From assembly GCF_000189555.1 (NCBI RefSeq), contig NC_017276.1: 64,000 nucleotides of DNA. One strand, 5' to 3'. The position numbers were made by a program, and so were the translations under genes. The stretch is from Saccharolobus islandicus REY15A (GTDB taxonomy: Archaea; Thermoproteota; Thermoprotei_A; Sulfolobales; Sulfolobaceae). The notes beneath the pieces were generated by a model, which worked only from the letters and a program-made list of their open reading frames with translations, did no database searches and was not told the origin of the DNA. Below, piece by piece: positions 50,228-61,629 of this stretch. Every line of letters starts with the position of its first letter. Position 1 is the first letter of the stretch.

Positions 50228-50678
50228 TACACATCTCCCATATCGTATCTCCTACATGGTGGAGATTAATAGCGAATTTTCCCCTCTTTTCAACCAGAGC
50301 CTTATCCTTTGACATTAAAACTCTTATTACAGCAACAGGTAGATTTGTCTTGGTTTTAGCCAAAATAATATCATTCTCTTTGCATTCGCAACCATATTCT
50401 ACTATACCAGGGGCGAAAAGATCAGCTCCTTTACTGACCGCTCTTACAGCTCCCTCATCTATAATTACGTAAGGGAGACTGATCTTTAGTTTCATTATTG
50501 CACAAAGTGTGGGAATCAGGTCGTCAAAGAAAGCTAAAATATCGTTTACATAGTACCACGTTTCCTTTTTCTCCTTGCCTACCTCTAATTTTGCATTTGA
50601 AATGTCAATATTATATTTCTCTTTTATCTTGTTAATGAAGATCTTAGCATCCTTAGATGACATAACATGCCTTTGCAT
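50220..50678 (-). CDS. PUA-domain RNA-binding protein (DUF1947-PUA, MCTS1/Tma20-like)
   Basis: VIIDEGAVRAVSKGADLFAPGI and LHHVGD motifs. Confidence 0.85.
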   Translation of the reverse strand: MQRHVMSSKDAKIFINKIKEKYNIDISNAKLEVGKEKKETWYYVNDILAFFDDLIPTLCAIMKLKISLPYVIIDEGAVRAVSKGADLFAPGIVEYGCECKENDIILAKTKTNLPVAVIRVLMSKDKALVEKRGKFAINLHHVGDTIWEMCNG

Positions 50679-50681
50679 GAA

Positions 50682-52814
50682 TTAAATAACCTCTTCTGGT
50701 TTTGGAGGAATGTTGACTATTCTTTTTCCGGTACACTTTTCTATCGCATTTATTACTGCAGGAGTTGATGCAATAGCTCCAGCCTCGCCTATTCCTTTAG
50801 AATTAGTAGGGTGACTTGAGAACCCCTTTTCTATATAATGCCATTCAATCCTTGGGACTTCTACTGCAGTCGGGAACCCATAGTCGGTTAGGTTTGAATT
50901 TAGTAAGTATCCCTCCTTGCCGTATATTGCTCCTTCATATATCGCTTGCCCTATCCCTTGCACCGCTCCGCCAACTATCTGACCTTCCGCAAGTAATGGA
51001 TTTACAACTTTTCCCACATCGTCAAGTGCGACATATTTTTTCACTCTTACGCTTCCAGTCTCCTTATCTACCTTAACTAATGCCATATGAACCCCATAGG
51101 GTACAGTGTAACCTGGTTTAGCCACGTTATAGACATAAGTTACATCTAAGGAGTATCCCATTGAATAGGCGTTCTGTATTACCTCCTTAATAGTAACACT
51201 CTTACCACTCTTCTTATGAAAAAGTACGCCATTTTTATATTCTATCTCTTCCGTATCTGCATTTAGCATTTTTGCACTAACCTCAATTAGTCTTCTCCTT
51301 AATTCTTCGGCAGCCTTATATATCGCTGAGCCTCCAATTGTTAATGTTCTACTTCCCCAAGTTCCGATTCCATCTGAAATTATATCAGTATCTCCCCATC
51401 TAACCTCAATGTTCTCTATTGTTACCTCTAAAACATCAGCTACTATTTGAGCAAAGGCAGTTCCATCACCTTGTCCATGTGGACCGCTACCAGTTATTAT
51501 CGTAATTTTTCCATCACTTTTAGCTAGAACTCTAGCGGTCTCCCAAGGACCAAATGCTGTTATCTCTACATACATGCTTGAACCTACGCATTCATTCACA
51601 TTAGCTTCATTTTTCAACCTCTGATAATATTCTCTTGCTTTATTTAGTAGTCCCACATAATCGCCGGTATCATAGGTTATACCTAAGGCGTTCTTGTATG
51701 GTAATTCTCGAATCAAATTCTTTTCCCTTATATCAAATTCATCCTTTCCTAGTTCCAACGAGATTATGTTAATTATTCTCTCTATAAAATATGTGGCTTC
51801 CGGCCTACCAGCTCCCCTATACGACTGAGTTGGTGCCTTATTGGTGTTTACTGCGTAATGTTCAATCCTTATGTTTTGAATCCTATAAGGTCCCAACATC
51901 ATTCTAACTGTACTGTGAACATTACCTATTTCATCATCGTTTGCGTCTGGATAAGGCGCACCCAAATCAGCAATTAAAGTACCCTCTATACCTAGTATCG
52001 TACCGTCCCTCTTTACTCCAACCTTAAACCTTAATCTCTTATCTCTTCCATGACCAGCGCTCTGCATTTCCTCGGAGCGCGTGGGTATCCATTTTAGTGG
52101 CCTCTTCAATTTTAAGGCTAGCTTAGATATGGCATATTCCTCAGGATGAGCTATAATTTTACTCCCAAACGCTCCTCCCACATCAGGCTGAATCACTCTT
52201 ATGTTATCAATTCCTAGAAAATTTATGAGGTTTCTTCTTAGATAATGGGCCGATTGGGTAGATGACCATACATTTAACCTATTACCATCAAAGTAAGCTA
52301 AGACACCCCTAGTTTCTAAGGGATTCGCTATTACTCTTTGGTTATATAACTCTCCATTAATTACTAGGTCAGCCTCTTTAAGACTTTGCTCAACGTTTCC
52401 CGCTTCCCATTTCTTATACTCGTAAATATTAGACTCCTTCTTACTGTAAACTTTTACATCATTCTTTAAAGCCTCTTGTGGATCAATAACGTAAGGTAAT
52501 TCCTCATACTCTATTTCTATACTTTCTAATAAGTCATAAGCCTCATATCTATCTCTTCCTACCACCATTGCTAGCGGTTGGCCAACGTAAGTAGTCTCCT
52601 CGATCGGTATGGGAAACTCACTACCCGGATTTATATCCTCACCGGTGAATATGCCGTTATGGTTCTTCTTTATTTTTATTTTAGCATGTGGTTTAACAGA
52701 TCTAAGAAATGCCACAAATAACGTTCCTGGAAGTTCTATATCATCAACGTATGTTGAGCCTCCGGTTAAGAATTTAGGATCTTCAATTCGCTTGATGGGT
52801 TTACCAACGTACAC
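50682..52814 (-). CDS. Xanthine dehydrogenase family molybdopterin-binding large subunit (CutA/CoxL-like aldehyde oxidoreductase)
   Basis: DVGGAFGSK, YRGAGRPE, PHGQG, GTWGSR and KGIGEAG motifs. Confidence 0.92.
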   Translation of the reverse strand: MYVGKPIKRIEDPKFLTGGSTYVDDIELPGTLFVAFLRSVKPHAKIKIKKNHNGIFTGEDINPGSEFPIPIEETTYVGQPLAMVVGRDRYEAYDLLESIEIEYEELPYVIDPQEALKNDVKVYSKKESNIYEYKKWEAGNVEQSLKEADLVINGELYNQRVIANPLETRGVLAYFDGNRLNVWSSTQSAHYLRRNLINFLGIDNIRVIQPDVGGAFGSKIIAHPEEYAISKLALKLKRPLKWIPTRSEEMQSAGHGRDKRLRFKVGVKRDGTILGIEGTLIADLGAPYPDANDDEIGNVHSTVRMMLGPYRIQNIRIEHYAVNTNKAPTQSYRGAGRPEATYFIERIINIISLELGKDEFDIREKNLIRELPYKNALGITYDTGDYVGLLNKAREYYQRLKNEANVNECVGSSMYVEITAFGPWETARVLAKSDGKITIITGSGPHGQGDGTAFAQIVADVLEVTIENIEVRWGDTDIISDGIGTWGSRTLTIGGSAIYKAAEELRRRLIEVSAKMLNADTEEIEYKNGVLFHKKSGKSVTIKEVIQNAYSMGYSLDVTYVYNVAKPGYTVPYGVHMALVKVDKETGSVRVKKYVALDDVGKVVNPLLAEGQIVGGAVQGIGQAIYEGAIYGKEGYLLNSNLTDYGFPTAVEVPRIEWHYIEKGFSSHPTNSKGIGEAGAIASTPAVINAIEKCTGKRIVNIPPKPEEVI

Positions 52815-52822
52815 AAATTAAT

Positions 52823-53371
52823 CTATTGGTCGATGTTTTTAAGCCTTACGTGAATATTTGGATGTGTAGATAAAAACGTAGTTTCTTTCACATCATATTT
52901 AGTTATTAAATCTTCTAATAATCTTCTATTGGTAAACCTCAAGGCAAACTTATCCGCACTCAACTCAAATCTCCTCTGGAAATATCTTTGCATAAACAAG
53001 GCGAAAAGCCCAAAAGGAATCAATACAAATAAATTTAAATTAAGAAGATAGGTGAAGGCTATGATTACCGAAATAATATAAAGGCTCATTTTAACGTGAT
53101 GATTTAGCTTTAAATGTCCAAGTTCATGCATGATAGCTGCTCTAACATGCTCCTCATCTTCTCCATTTACCAATCCTCTAGTTATAACGATAAATTTTCC
53201 CCAAACCGAGTTCAGAGAGTACGCATTTACTTCATTAGAATTTACAATATATATAGGATAATCATAAAGGGTGGAAAATTTTGTTACTCTTTTAAGCACT
53301 ATTGCTGGTACTACGACGAATTCAAGCAAAATAACCAGTGTGAGTAAACCGAAAGTAATAATTAAATCCAC
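52823..53371 (-). CDS. M48 family zinc metallopeptidase (short HtpX-like)
   Basis: NAY, HELGH, RRFELSAD and THP motifs. Confidence 0.85.
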   Translation of the reverse strand: MDLIITFGLLTLVILLEFVVVPAIVLKRVTKFSTLYDYPIYIVNSNEVNAYSLNSVWGKFIVITRGLVNGEDEEHVRAAIMHELGHLKLNHHVKMSLYIISVIIAFTYLLNLNLFVLIPFGLFALFMQRYFQRRFELSADKFALRFTNRRLLEDLITKYDVKETTFLSTHPNIHVRLKNIDQ

Positions 53372-53412
53372 AATTAATATAACGTAAGTATTACCATATA
53401 TTCCTTTTTAAA

Positions 53413-54450
53413 ATGGTGGAGGAATTCTCACATATGAAAAGCGTAGTTATTGAAAATGGAAAGGTCGCAATAAGAGAGCTGCCATTACCTAAATTACAGC
53501 AAGGTGACGTATTAGTTAAAATGAAGGCTTGTGGATTGTGTGGTACTGACATAGAGAAGATTTGTGGACAATACACTGCATCGCAACCAATATTAGGCCA
53601 TGAACCAGCTGGAATAATCCAAGAATCCACGGTTGATTGGTTAAAGCCTGGAGATAGGGTTTTTGCACACCATCACGTTCCATGTTATGAATGCTACTAT
53701 TGTAAAAAGGGAAGTCCAACCATGTGTCCATATTATAGAAAAACCAACTTAGATCCTGGTGGATTTTCGGAGTACTTCAGAGTTCCAGCCTGGAATGTTG
53801 TACGAGGCGGAATATTAAAGCTACCAGACAATGTGAGCTTTGAAGAAGGGGCATTTATAGAACCCTTGGCTACCGTTATTAGAGCGCAAAGGAGAGTAAT
53901 GATTGACAGAGATGATATAGTTTTTATCGTTGGAGTAGGTCCTATGGGATTATTACACGCAATGATGGCTAAGGTAAATAATGCGGGAGTCGTTATAGCA
54001 TCAGATGTAAGTGAGTTCAGAGTCGAATTTGGATATAAGGTAGGTATTGATTATTCGCTTAATGTGAAGAAAGTTAGTGTGGTTGATGAAGTTAAGAAAT
54101 TAACTGATGGAAGAGGTGCTGATGTTACTATAATTGCCTCTGGATCTCCCTCTGCAATAATCTCTGGTCTTAATGCTACTAGAAAGGGTGGTAGAGTTTT
54201 GTTATTTGGAGTACCATATAAGGGGACGATACTTAATTATGACATTAGTGATCTCTTAAATAACGAAATTTCAATAATTCCCAGTAATGCTGCTGTAGAG
54301 GAGGACACAAAGGAAGCACTGTCTATAATAGCTAACAAGAAGATTGATGTAACTAAGCTGATAACACATAGATTCCCGTTAGATGAGTTCAATGAGGCCA
54401 TAAGGGTAGCTAAGGAGGGAAATGCCATAAAGGTAATAATATATAGTTAG
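53413..54450 (+). CDS. Zinc-dependent medium-chain alcohol/polyol dehydrogenase
   Basis: CGTD, GHE, CYECYYC..C and GVGPMG motifs. Confidence 0.92.
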   Translation: MVEEFSHMKSVVIENGKVAIRELPLPKLQQGDVLVKMKACGLCGTDIEKICGQYTASQPILGHEPAGIIQESTVDWLKPGDRVFAHHHVPCYECYYCKKGSPTMCPYYRKTNLDPGGFSEYFRVPAWNVVRGGILKLPDNVSFEEGAFIEPLATVIRAQRRVMIDRDDIVFIVGVGPMGLLHAMMAKVNNAGVVIASDVSEFRVEFGYKVGIDYSLNVKKVSVVDEVKKLTDGRGADVTIIASGSPSAIISGLNATRKGGRVLLFGVPYKGTILNYDISDLLNNEISIIPSNAAVEEDTKEALSIIANKKIDVTKLITHRFPLDEFNEAIRVAKEGNAIKVIIYS

Positions 54451-55296
54451 GATGAGGAGAAAGTACAAGATTAAACTTAATTTAAATAATTTTAGCGCAT
54501 TTTTAATATCTTTTTCGTCTGGCAAATTTCCATTGCCTATTCTATAGTGACCAACCTTTTCTAAACTTACATTTAGTAAACCTGCAGCAATAGCTATTGG
54601 GTATTTAGCATTTATACTTTCCATTTTTGCCTCCCTAAGTGTTTTCCATCCTTGTTTCACGTTAAGTCCCAAGATAAAACCAGATGTAAGCATTATCATT
54701 CCAGTTAGCCTAGCTGGGATGTAATTGAGTATAGTGTCAATTTTCGCTGAGAACCAACCCTCTTTTCTAAGCTCCGGAGTCTTATATCCTACCATGCTGT
54801 CCATTGTATTTGCAAGTCTTTGTAACATTGCTCCGAAAATTCCAAAGATAAGAAACCAGAAAATTGGAGAAGCTATCCCGTCAACAGTGCTCTCAAATAG
54901 TGATTCGATCAATGCAGAAGCTATATGGCCTTTATCACTTTTACTTAAATCCCTTCTGACAATCTGTTGTGCATAATACCTAGCTTGCTCATCCAACCTT
55001 GATCCCTTTTTTACAATATCGTAGAGCATTTTAATCGAAAATGTCGTTTTCAACGAAAACGCTAAGATTATTAGATTAAGGTAAATTGGAATTGGTGCTT
55101 CTACTGGTAAGTACACGAAAATAAATAATGGGGGTAAAACCGACATTATCCATAAGAGAACTCCGTAAGAATAGCCCTTGTAGGGTTTGATTAGTGCTTC
55201 CGATATTTTTCCAGTCCAAACTACAGGATGTATGTAAATAGGCGGTTCTGAAATTGTTAGATCCCATATCAATGCAAGTGCAAGAACAAATAACAC
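54379..55296 (-). CDS. cbiB: Adenosylcobinamide-phosphate synthase CbiB/CobD
   Basis: [20 protein letters not shown] and NYIPARL motifs. Confidence 0.92.
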
Positions 55297-56030
55297 AAGA
55301 TAGATAATAGTGAGTAATTTAAATTGGTTATCTCATTGGTTAATAGGAATAGTGGAAAGGAAAGAGTTATTGAAGCCCCGGCTATATCACCCGAGGAACC
55401 TCCAAGCGATCTACATATCTTATGCATTATCATGTAGAACACTAGGAAAACTATTATATTGTATAATGAAATAAACGGAATTAATTCAAAAAGTAATACC
55501 GTAGACTTTCCTTTCAATTTATTATGAAAGATTTTCCCAAGATTACTTTCTGGAATTGGACTTATGGTTGAAAGTATATAAAGCCCTATTGTCATCGAGA
55601 GTACGTTAGATGATATCAGATAGAATATAGTATAGAATGAGAAGCCTAGCTTTAATAAAGCCACTATTTGAATTGATAGGTATACTAAAAGTAAACCTAT
55701 TCCTCCAGAACCTATTTCAACGTCCTTTAATGCCTTTATCTTCCTCTCCCTATCTCCTTTTATCATCAATGCGTCTCCTAAGTCTAATAAACCATCTAGA
55801 TGATTAAATCCCCTAAGCAATTCTACTACACCTAGCAATACTATCCCAGCAAGAGCTTCAAGAATTCTATATAAGAGAACATACACTGCACTCTCTATTA
55901 ATGCCAACGATATGCCAATAATTAGTGGCGATATGTAGGAGTATTCTGCAATTTCCTCCAAAGACGCATTGCTCTTTATTGGTATTGCGGTAAAAAACGA
56001 GAATAATGCAAGTACTCCTTTTAATCGCAT
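55269..56030 (-). CDS. cobS: Adenosylcobinamide-GDP ribazoletransferase (cobalamin synthase)
   Basis: [26 protein letters not shown] and [10 protein letters not shown] motifs. Confidence 0.92.
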
Positions 56031-56065
56031 GTGGATTTATTTATTGGCCAAGTTGATATGATTAA

Positions 56066-57463
56066 GTGTCAATAATAGTAGCCTCAACCATGAGTGATTC
56101 AGGTAAGTCATTTATAACTACTGGACTAGTTAGAATTCTAAATGCAAAACCACTTAAAATTCAGAATATGTCTTTAAATAGCATTTCAACTTGGGATGGT
56201 GGAGAAATAGCCTTCATACAAGCTTACCAAGCATGGGGGGCTGGAATAAGACCAGAAAGGCATATGAACCCAATTTTGCTCAAGCCAATGGGTAAGGGCC
56301 TTGAAGTAATCTTTATGGGAAACTCACTTGGTATTATGAGTGGCAATGAGTATTATAATTTAGCAACCAACACGTTGTGGCAAAAAATCTCACAATTCCT
56401 CTCAAGTAATGTTGTAATAGAAGCAGCTGGAGGCATGGGGGAACCAAATTTTATTGATAAGGATATTACAGCAATAAAAGTAATGAAAGATAAGGGAATT
56501 CCAGCAATTCTAGTATTAGATATTGATAGGGGAGGTGCATTTGCGTCTGGTTATGGCACTTATATGATGCTTCCCCAATCTATCAGAGAGAAATTGAAAG
56601 GATTCATTATTAATAAATTCAGAGGAGATGAAAAGTTTCTGTATGATGCTATAAAATGGCTTGAAGAGAAAACAGGTATGAAATACTTAGGTTATTTGCC
56701 TTTTCTCAGCGAAGTCCCTATAATGCCAGAGGACTCCATGAATATTTACAATTTTGGTGAAGGTGATGTTGAAGTTGCCATAATAGCCTATCCTTATATG
56801 AGCAATTTTAACGAATTGTATGCCTTAGCTAAGTCTAATGCTCATGTATCCTTTGTGAAAAAGCCTAAAGAAATTGTGAAGGCTGATCTGGTAATTTTAC
56901 CGGGTAGTAGGAATACTCTAGAATCGTTAAAATGGTTGGTAGAGAATGGGTTCGTGGAATATCTAAGGCAAAAGACTAGGGGAATTTTAGGTATTTGCGG
57001 TGGTTTTCAAATTTTAGGTAAAAAGCTTATAGATCCTTATGGAATTGAGGCGGGATATCCTATAGAATATGAGGGTTTAGGAGTATTTGATGTTAACATA
57101 CACTATGCCAAGGCTAAGGTAGTTTCCATTAGTTCTGGTGTTTCAGAATATGGCAAAATAGATGGTTATGAAATTAGAAGGGGAGTAGTAAAGTATGTGG
57201 ACGAAAAGCCCTTACTTAAAATAACCGTGAGGAATGGTGAAAAAGTAAGTGTTGAGGATGGGGCAAGAAAGGATAGTATTATTGGCTTAAGTGTACACGG
57301 AAGCTTATTTTCTGAAGGAATGAAAAAATTACTGAAGGAGTTTAATATTAATATTTACTCACTATCAATGGTAGACGAGATCCAACAACAAGCAATTCGT
57401 GTAGAGCAATTTTTAAGGAAATATTTACATATTGACGAAATAGTCGAAATTTATAAGCAATGA
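56066..57463 (+). CDS. cbiP: Cobyric acid synthase
   Basis: SDSGKS, QNMSLNS, MNPILLKP, DIDRGG, NKFRGD, GICGGFQ and GYEI motifs. Confidence 0.92.
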   Translation: MSIIVASTMSDSGKSFITTGLVRILNAKPLKIQNMSLNSISTWDGGEIAFIQAYQAWGAGIRPERHMNPILLKPMGKGLEVIFMGNSLGIMSGNEYYNLATNTLWQKISQFLSSNVVIEAAGGMGEPNFIDKDITAIKVMKDKGIPAILVLDIDRGGAFASGYGTYMMLPQSIREKLKGFIINKFRGDEKFLYDAIKWLEEKTGMKYLGYLPFLSEVPIMPEDSMNIYNFGEGDVEVAIIAYPYMSNFNELYALAKSNAHVSFVKKPKEIVKADLVILPGSRNTLESLKWLVENGFVEYLRQKTRGILGICGGFQILGKKLIDPYGIEAGYPIEYEGLGVFDVNIHYAKAKVVSISSGVSEYGKIDGYEIRRGVVKYVDEKPLLKITVRNGEKVSVEDGARKDSIIGLSVHGSLFSEGMKKLLKEFNINIYSLSMVDEIQQQAIRVEQFLRKYLHIDEIVEIYKQ

Positions 57464-57480
57464 ATTTTTAGTCTTAACTA

Positions 57481-58584
57481 ATGTTTGATCCTGCTTCGTT
57501 CGTTAAGGAAATAGGACCACAGCTGAAACAGAAGGTAGGTAATGAGAGAGTTTTAGCTGCAGTAAGTGGTGGTGTAGATAGTACTACAGCTGCAGTTCTG
57601 GCTTATAATTTGTTGGGTAACAAAGTAATTCCCGTTTTAATAGATACTGGATTTTTAAGGAAAAATGAAGCTGAGAAAATTAAAGCTTATTTAAGTAATG
57701 TCTTACCTAACCTTATCGTAGTGGACGAGAGGGAGACATTCACTTCTGAGATCGAGGGAATGGAAGAAGCTGAAGCGAAAAGGAAGAAATTTAGAGAACT
57801 GTTCTATTCTTCTATTTCATCATTAATGAGAAAGTTCAATGCAAAGTATTTAATGCAAGGAACCATAGCAGCCGATTGGGTAGAAACACAAGGCGGAATA
57901 AAGACACAGCACAATGTCTTAGTTCAAATAGGTATAGATACAGAGAAAGAATGGGGCTTTACATTAATTGAGCCGTTGGCAGACCTATATAAGAATGAGG
58001 TCAGAGAACTAGCTAGATATCTTAAATTACCTAAGGAAATTTCAGAGAGGCAGCCGTTCCCTGGTCCTGGCCTCCTAGTAAGGACAATTGGAAAACTGAC
58101 TAGGGAGAAGTTAGAAGTAGTAAGAGAAGCTAATGACATAGTTGAAAAATATTTAGATCCCTTTAATTATTCACAATACTTTGCGGTTTCTTTTGAATCT
58201 GATGGTAATTTTGTAATTTTGGACGGTATTGATGCATTTTTATATAAGGCAAGGGCAACTGGTGTTAAGGGTGACGTTAGGGCTTATGGCAATATAGCAA
58301 AAGTTGAGTGTAGTGATATTAATGCAGCGAAAAGCTTTGTCGATACTCTGGTTAAATATGATATTACCCACGTATTATGTTCCTTGGATGAAAGGAGTAA
58401 TGGGAAATACAGCATTGCAATAAGGGCAGTAATTACGGAAGACTTCATGACTGCAGATTATGCTAGAATACCTAAAGAAGTCCTAGAGAAAATTAGTTCT
58501 GAAATATTACAAAAAATACCTAATGTAAAGGAAGTACTTTATGATGTTACTTCTAAACCACCTGCAACTATCGAATTTGAGTGA
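57481..58584 (+). CDS. guaAB: GMP synthase subunit B (ATP pyrophosphatase)
   Basis: [29 protein letters not shown] and KPPATIEFE motifs. Confidence 0.93.
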
Positions 58585-59565
58585 TTAGTATTTAGAAACT
58601 TTTTCAAGTAATTGAATTCTTTTTGCAGGATGTGGATGATCCATAAATATTTCAGCATACCATGGAACTTTTGTAGTCTTCCAAATCTCCACTAGCTCTC
58701 TAGCATTCCATGTTGGAACTTCTTCAATGGCGTTGGTGAAGAATAGCATACTAGCCATTTGATTGGTAGTACTCTTTTTCTTAAATTTCTCTAATGCCCC
58801 GGGATCCATTGAAAGTGTTAGTTTAGCTAAGGCTAATTGTAAGTTCTCTTTTCCACCTGGTACTGTTAAGGCTGAATTAACATCAGCATAGGCTTCTCTC
58901 ATTCTATTTATAGATAGTACGAGTAGTTGGAAAACGAAGCTTACTGCCATCATTGCAATTCCTATTAAGAAAAGTAATCCTCCATTATTTCCTCTGCCAT
59001 TTCCTCCTCCACCACCGAACATTCCTCCCCAGAATATCCACCAACCTAAGTAATAAATTAAAGCTGGAATTAGACCTACAGCCATTAGCAATTCTACATC
59101 TCTATGCTTTAGATGTCCCAGTTCATGCCCTGCAACGGCCATTATTTCATCCCTATTTAGTAATTTTAATATTGGTAATGTAAAGGCTATTCTTTTACCG
59201 GCTATTGGACTTCCATATGCGAAAGCATTAGGGAATGGTACATCAGCGATATACACTTTTGGAACATCTCTAAATCCATTATACTTTGCAACTTCGGCTA
59301 CTATACTGTATAACCATCCGTAAACTGGATCAGTAGGGGTTACTTCTACTGTTCTGTATGCCCAGTTTATCATATATGGCCCAAATAGCCACTGAATAAT
59401 GTTAAGGAAGAATATGAACATTAAGATAGATAACATTAATCCCACACCAAATTGTGCTCCGAATGCATAATCAGCAACCGCTAATGCTAATGCAAATCCT
59501 AGTAAAACAATTCCTAGAGTTGCTAACGCCATATTTAATCTTAATTTTGCTACTTCCCAATTCAT
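58585..59565 (-). CDS. htpX: Zinc metalloprotease HtpX
   Basis: PNAFA, HELGH, REAYAD and HPHPAKRI motifs. Confidence 0.92.
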   Translation of the reverse strand: MNWEVAKLRLNMALATLGIVLLGFALALAVADYAFGAQFGVGLMLSILMFIFFLNIIQWLFGPYMINWAYRTVEVTPTDPVYGWLYSIVAEVAKYNGFRDVPKVYIADVPFPNAFAYGSPIAGKRIAFTLPILKLLNRDEIMAVAGHELGHLKHRDVELLMAVGLIPALIYYLGWWIFWGGMFGGGGGNGRGNNGGLLFLIGIAMMAVSFVFQLLVLSINRMREAYADVNSALTVPGGKENLQLALAKLTLSMDPGALEKFKKKSTTNQMASMLFFTNAIEEVPTWNARELVEIWKTTKVPWYAEIFMDHPHPAKRIQLLEKVSKY

Positions 59566-59672
59566 ATGTTATTTTCTTGCGGGGAGTTTATATTATTTTT
59601 CATTACACGCAAATGGAATTAGTGAGAGCATAACCTAAACTTATATTATCTTTTTTATCAACAATAGTAAAT

Positions 59673-60062
59673 ATGAAAGAAGAATTTGTAAGAGAATATA
59701 TGAAAAGTAATGTAGTAACGGTAAGTAAAAACACTGTACTTAGAGAAGTAACTAGAATAATGACAGATAATAACGTAGGCTCAGTAATTGTAGTAGATAA
59801 TGGGAAACCTATTGGCATAATAACGGAACGCGATGTAGTTAGGGCCATTGGAAAAGGTAGAAGTTTAGATGTAAAAGCAGAAGAGATAATGACTGCTTCC
59901 CTTATAACTATCAAGGAAGATTCACCGATAACTGGGGCATTAAGCCTTATGAGGACATATAATATTAGACATTTACCAGTTATTGATCATGATGGAAACT
60001 TAAGGGGAATAATATCTATAAGAGATATTGCGCGGGCGATAGATGATATTTTAGAAGGCTAA
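59673..60062 (+). CDS. CBS domain pair protein
   Basis: Two CBS repeats (GIITERD; GIISIRD). Confidence 0.88.
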   Translation: MKEEFVREYMKSNVVTVSKNTVLREVTRIMTDNNVGSVIVVDNGKPIGIITERDVVRAIGKGRSLDVKAEEIMTASLITIKEDSPITGALSLMRTYNIRHLPVIDHDGNLRGIISIRDIARAIDDILEG

Positions 60063-60146
60063 CAACTTTGTTAATTTGATTTAAGATCGCGTCAAATCTT
60101 TTTGACTCGATAGACTATAAATACTTTATTTTTAATACGTAAAAAT

Positions 60147-61619
60147 GTGGATAAAAAAGAGAGTGTGAGAGTTACAAGAATAGGTATTATTAACTTACTA
60201 ACAAGGACTTTAGGGGCGCCTATTTCATTTATCTTCACGTTATTAGTTGCAAGGTATCTGTCGAATCCTCCCTATGGTATTATTTATTTTGCTACTTGGC
60301 AAACCTTGTATGTTTTCACAATAGGCTATTTTACAATACCCGCAAATCTATTCTCATTAATAACGTCAAGATATTCTGCAGAAAGGAAGAATGTTGGTGG
60401 AATAGTAATAACTAACTTGATAGCAGGAATTATATCAGGTTTAGTTTTTGCCCTTTTAGTCCCATACTACATTTCTTTAACTAAGCTCAATGTTCCTATT
60501 TATTTCTATTCTGCAATATCGCTAATTATTTTAACCTACTTGCTGACTGTAACGAATTCAATAGCTCAAGGAAGAACACCCAAGATAATTGGAATTTCCG
60601 CATTAATCTTTCAAGTTCTGAGATTAGTTTCGGGGATTGTATTCATGTTCCTATTTAATCTTTCGATTCTGGCAGTAATCCTAGCTTATACCATAGGCTA
60701 TCTTGCTCAAATATTATTCAATTTATTCTTCATAAGAGCTAATCTCAAGATTGACTTTAAGGTAGCTTTTTCGGCTGTTAGAAAAGCAGTGGTGTATATA
60801 GCGAATTATATTCAATATATTCTAGAAGCGTCAATAGTATGGATTACTCTGGCTATCGTAAAATCAGATTTAGTAGTAGCATATTTTGAGTCTGCCATTA
60901 TAGTTAGTAATGTCCAGATTTGGTCACAAGCAATATATACTGGTCTAATGGCTAAGTTGGCTGAAGATAAGAATCCATCTATAATTAGTGATGCCATTAA
61001 ACTTTACTCAATAGTAGGTAGTCTATTTTTAATTCTTATTTACATAGATGGCTATGGGCTTTTATACAAACTAAGACCTGAGTATACAGCTGCTATTTTC
61101 TCTCTCTATATACTTACTTTTTCAAATTTCATAAGAGGTTTCTATAATATCTTCTATCAAGGTATAACAATGGCTGATCCTACACTATCAGTAGAATCTA
61201 AGAATGAATTCAAAGGTCACCTATTTAAGCTGACTACTTCCAATTTGCTTTTTTCATTGCTAGGTTTAGGAATTTCCACGTTGCTGATTTACCTCTTCTC
61301 CTCTTACTCACCTTATTTATTAGCAGCCTTCATGAGTATCGGGATAATAATTAATTCATTCTCAATGCTGTTTACTTCCTATAGAGCTTGTAGACAAATT
61401 TACAATTTTAATTTCCCAGTTAAAGAATTTCTAGTACCATTAGGCTTAGGTGCACTTAGTTTGCCCTTATCAGTGGTTTATAGGCCAGTAAGTTTTCTTG
61501 CGATGGGTATATATGCTATAATGATAATTTCGATCTTTACACTATATAATTACGCTTTTAACCCATACGGTAGAAGGTTAGTAATAGCGATTATAAGAGA
61601 ATTTAAGCAAAGAGTTTAA
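60147..61619 (+). CDS. Polysaccharide biosynthesis / MOP-superfamily flippase-like membrane protein
   Basis: 490 aa with many TM segments and a Wzx/MATE-like organisation; GTG start. Confidence 0.7.
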   Translation: MDKKESVRVTRIGIINLLTRTLGAPISFIFTLLVARYLSNPPYGIIYFATWQTLYVFTIGYFTIPANLFSLITSRYSAERKNVGGIVITNLIAGIISGLVFALLVPYYISLTKLNVPIYFYSAISLIILTYLLTVTNSIAQGRTPKIIGISALIFQVLRLVSGIVFMFLFNLSILAVILAYTIGYLAQILFNLFFIRANLKIDFKVAFSAVRKAVVYIANYIQYILEASIVWITLAIVKSDLVVAYFESAIIVSNVQIWSQAIYTGLMAKLAEDKNPSIISDAIKLYSIVGSLFLILIYIDGYGLLYKLRPEYTAAIFSLYILTFSNFIRGFYNIFYQGITMADPTLSVESKNEFKGHLFKLTTSNLLFSLLGLGISTLLIYLFSSYSPYLLAAFMSIGIIINSFSMLFTSYRACRQIYNFNFPVKEFLVPLGLGALSLPLSVVYRPVSFLAMGIYAIMIISIFTLYNYAFNPYGRRLVIAIIREFKQRV

Positions 61620-61629
61620 TCTACTTTAT

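Noticed and set aside
60095-60115. Short inverted repeat gtcaaa-tctt-tttgac after the CBS gene
   Set aside because: 6-bp arms are expected by chance in AT-rich DNA and no second copy was seen.
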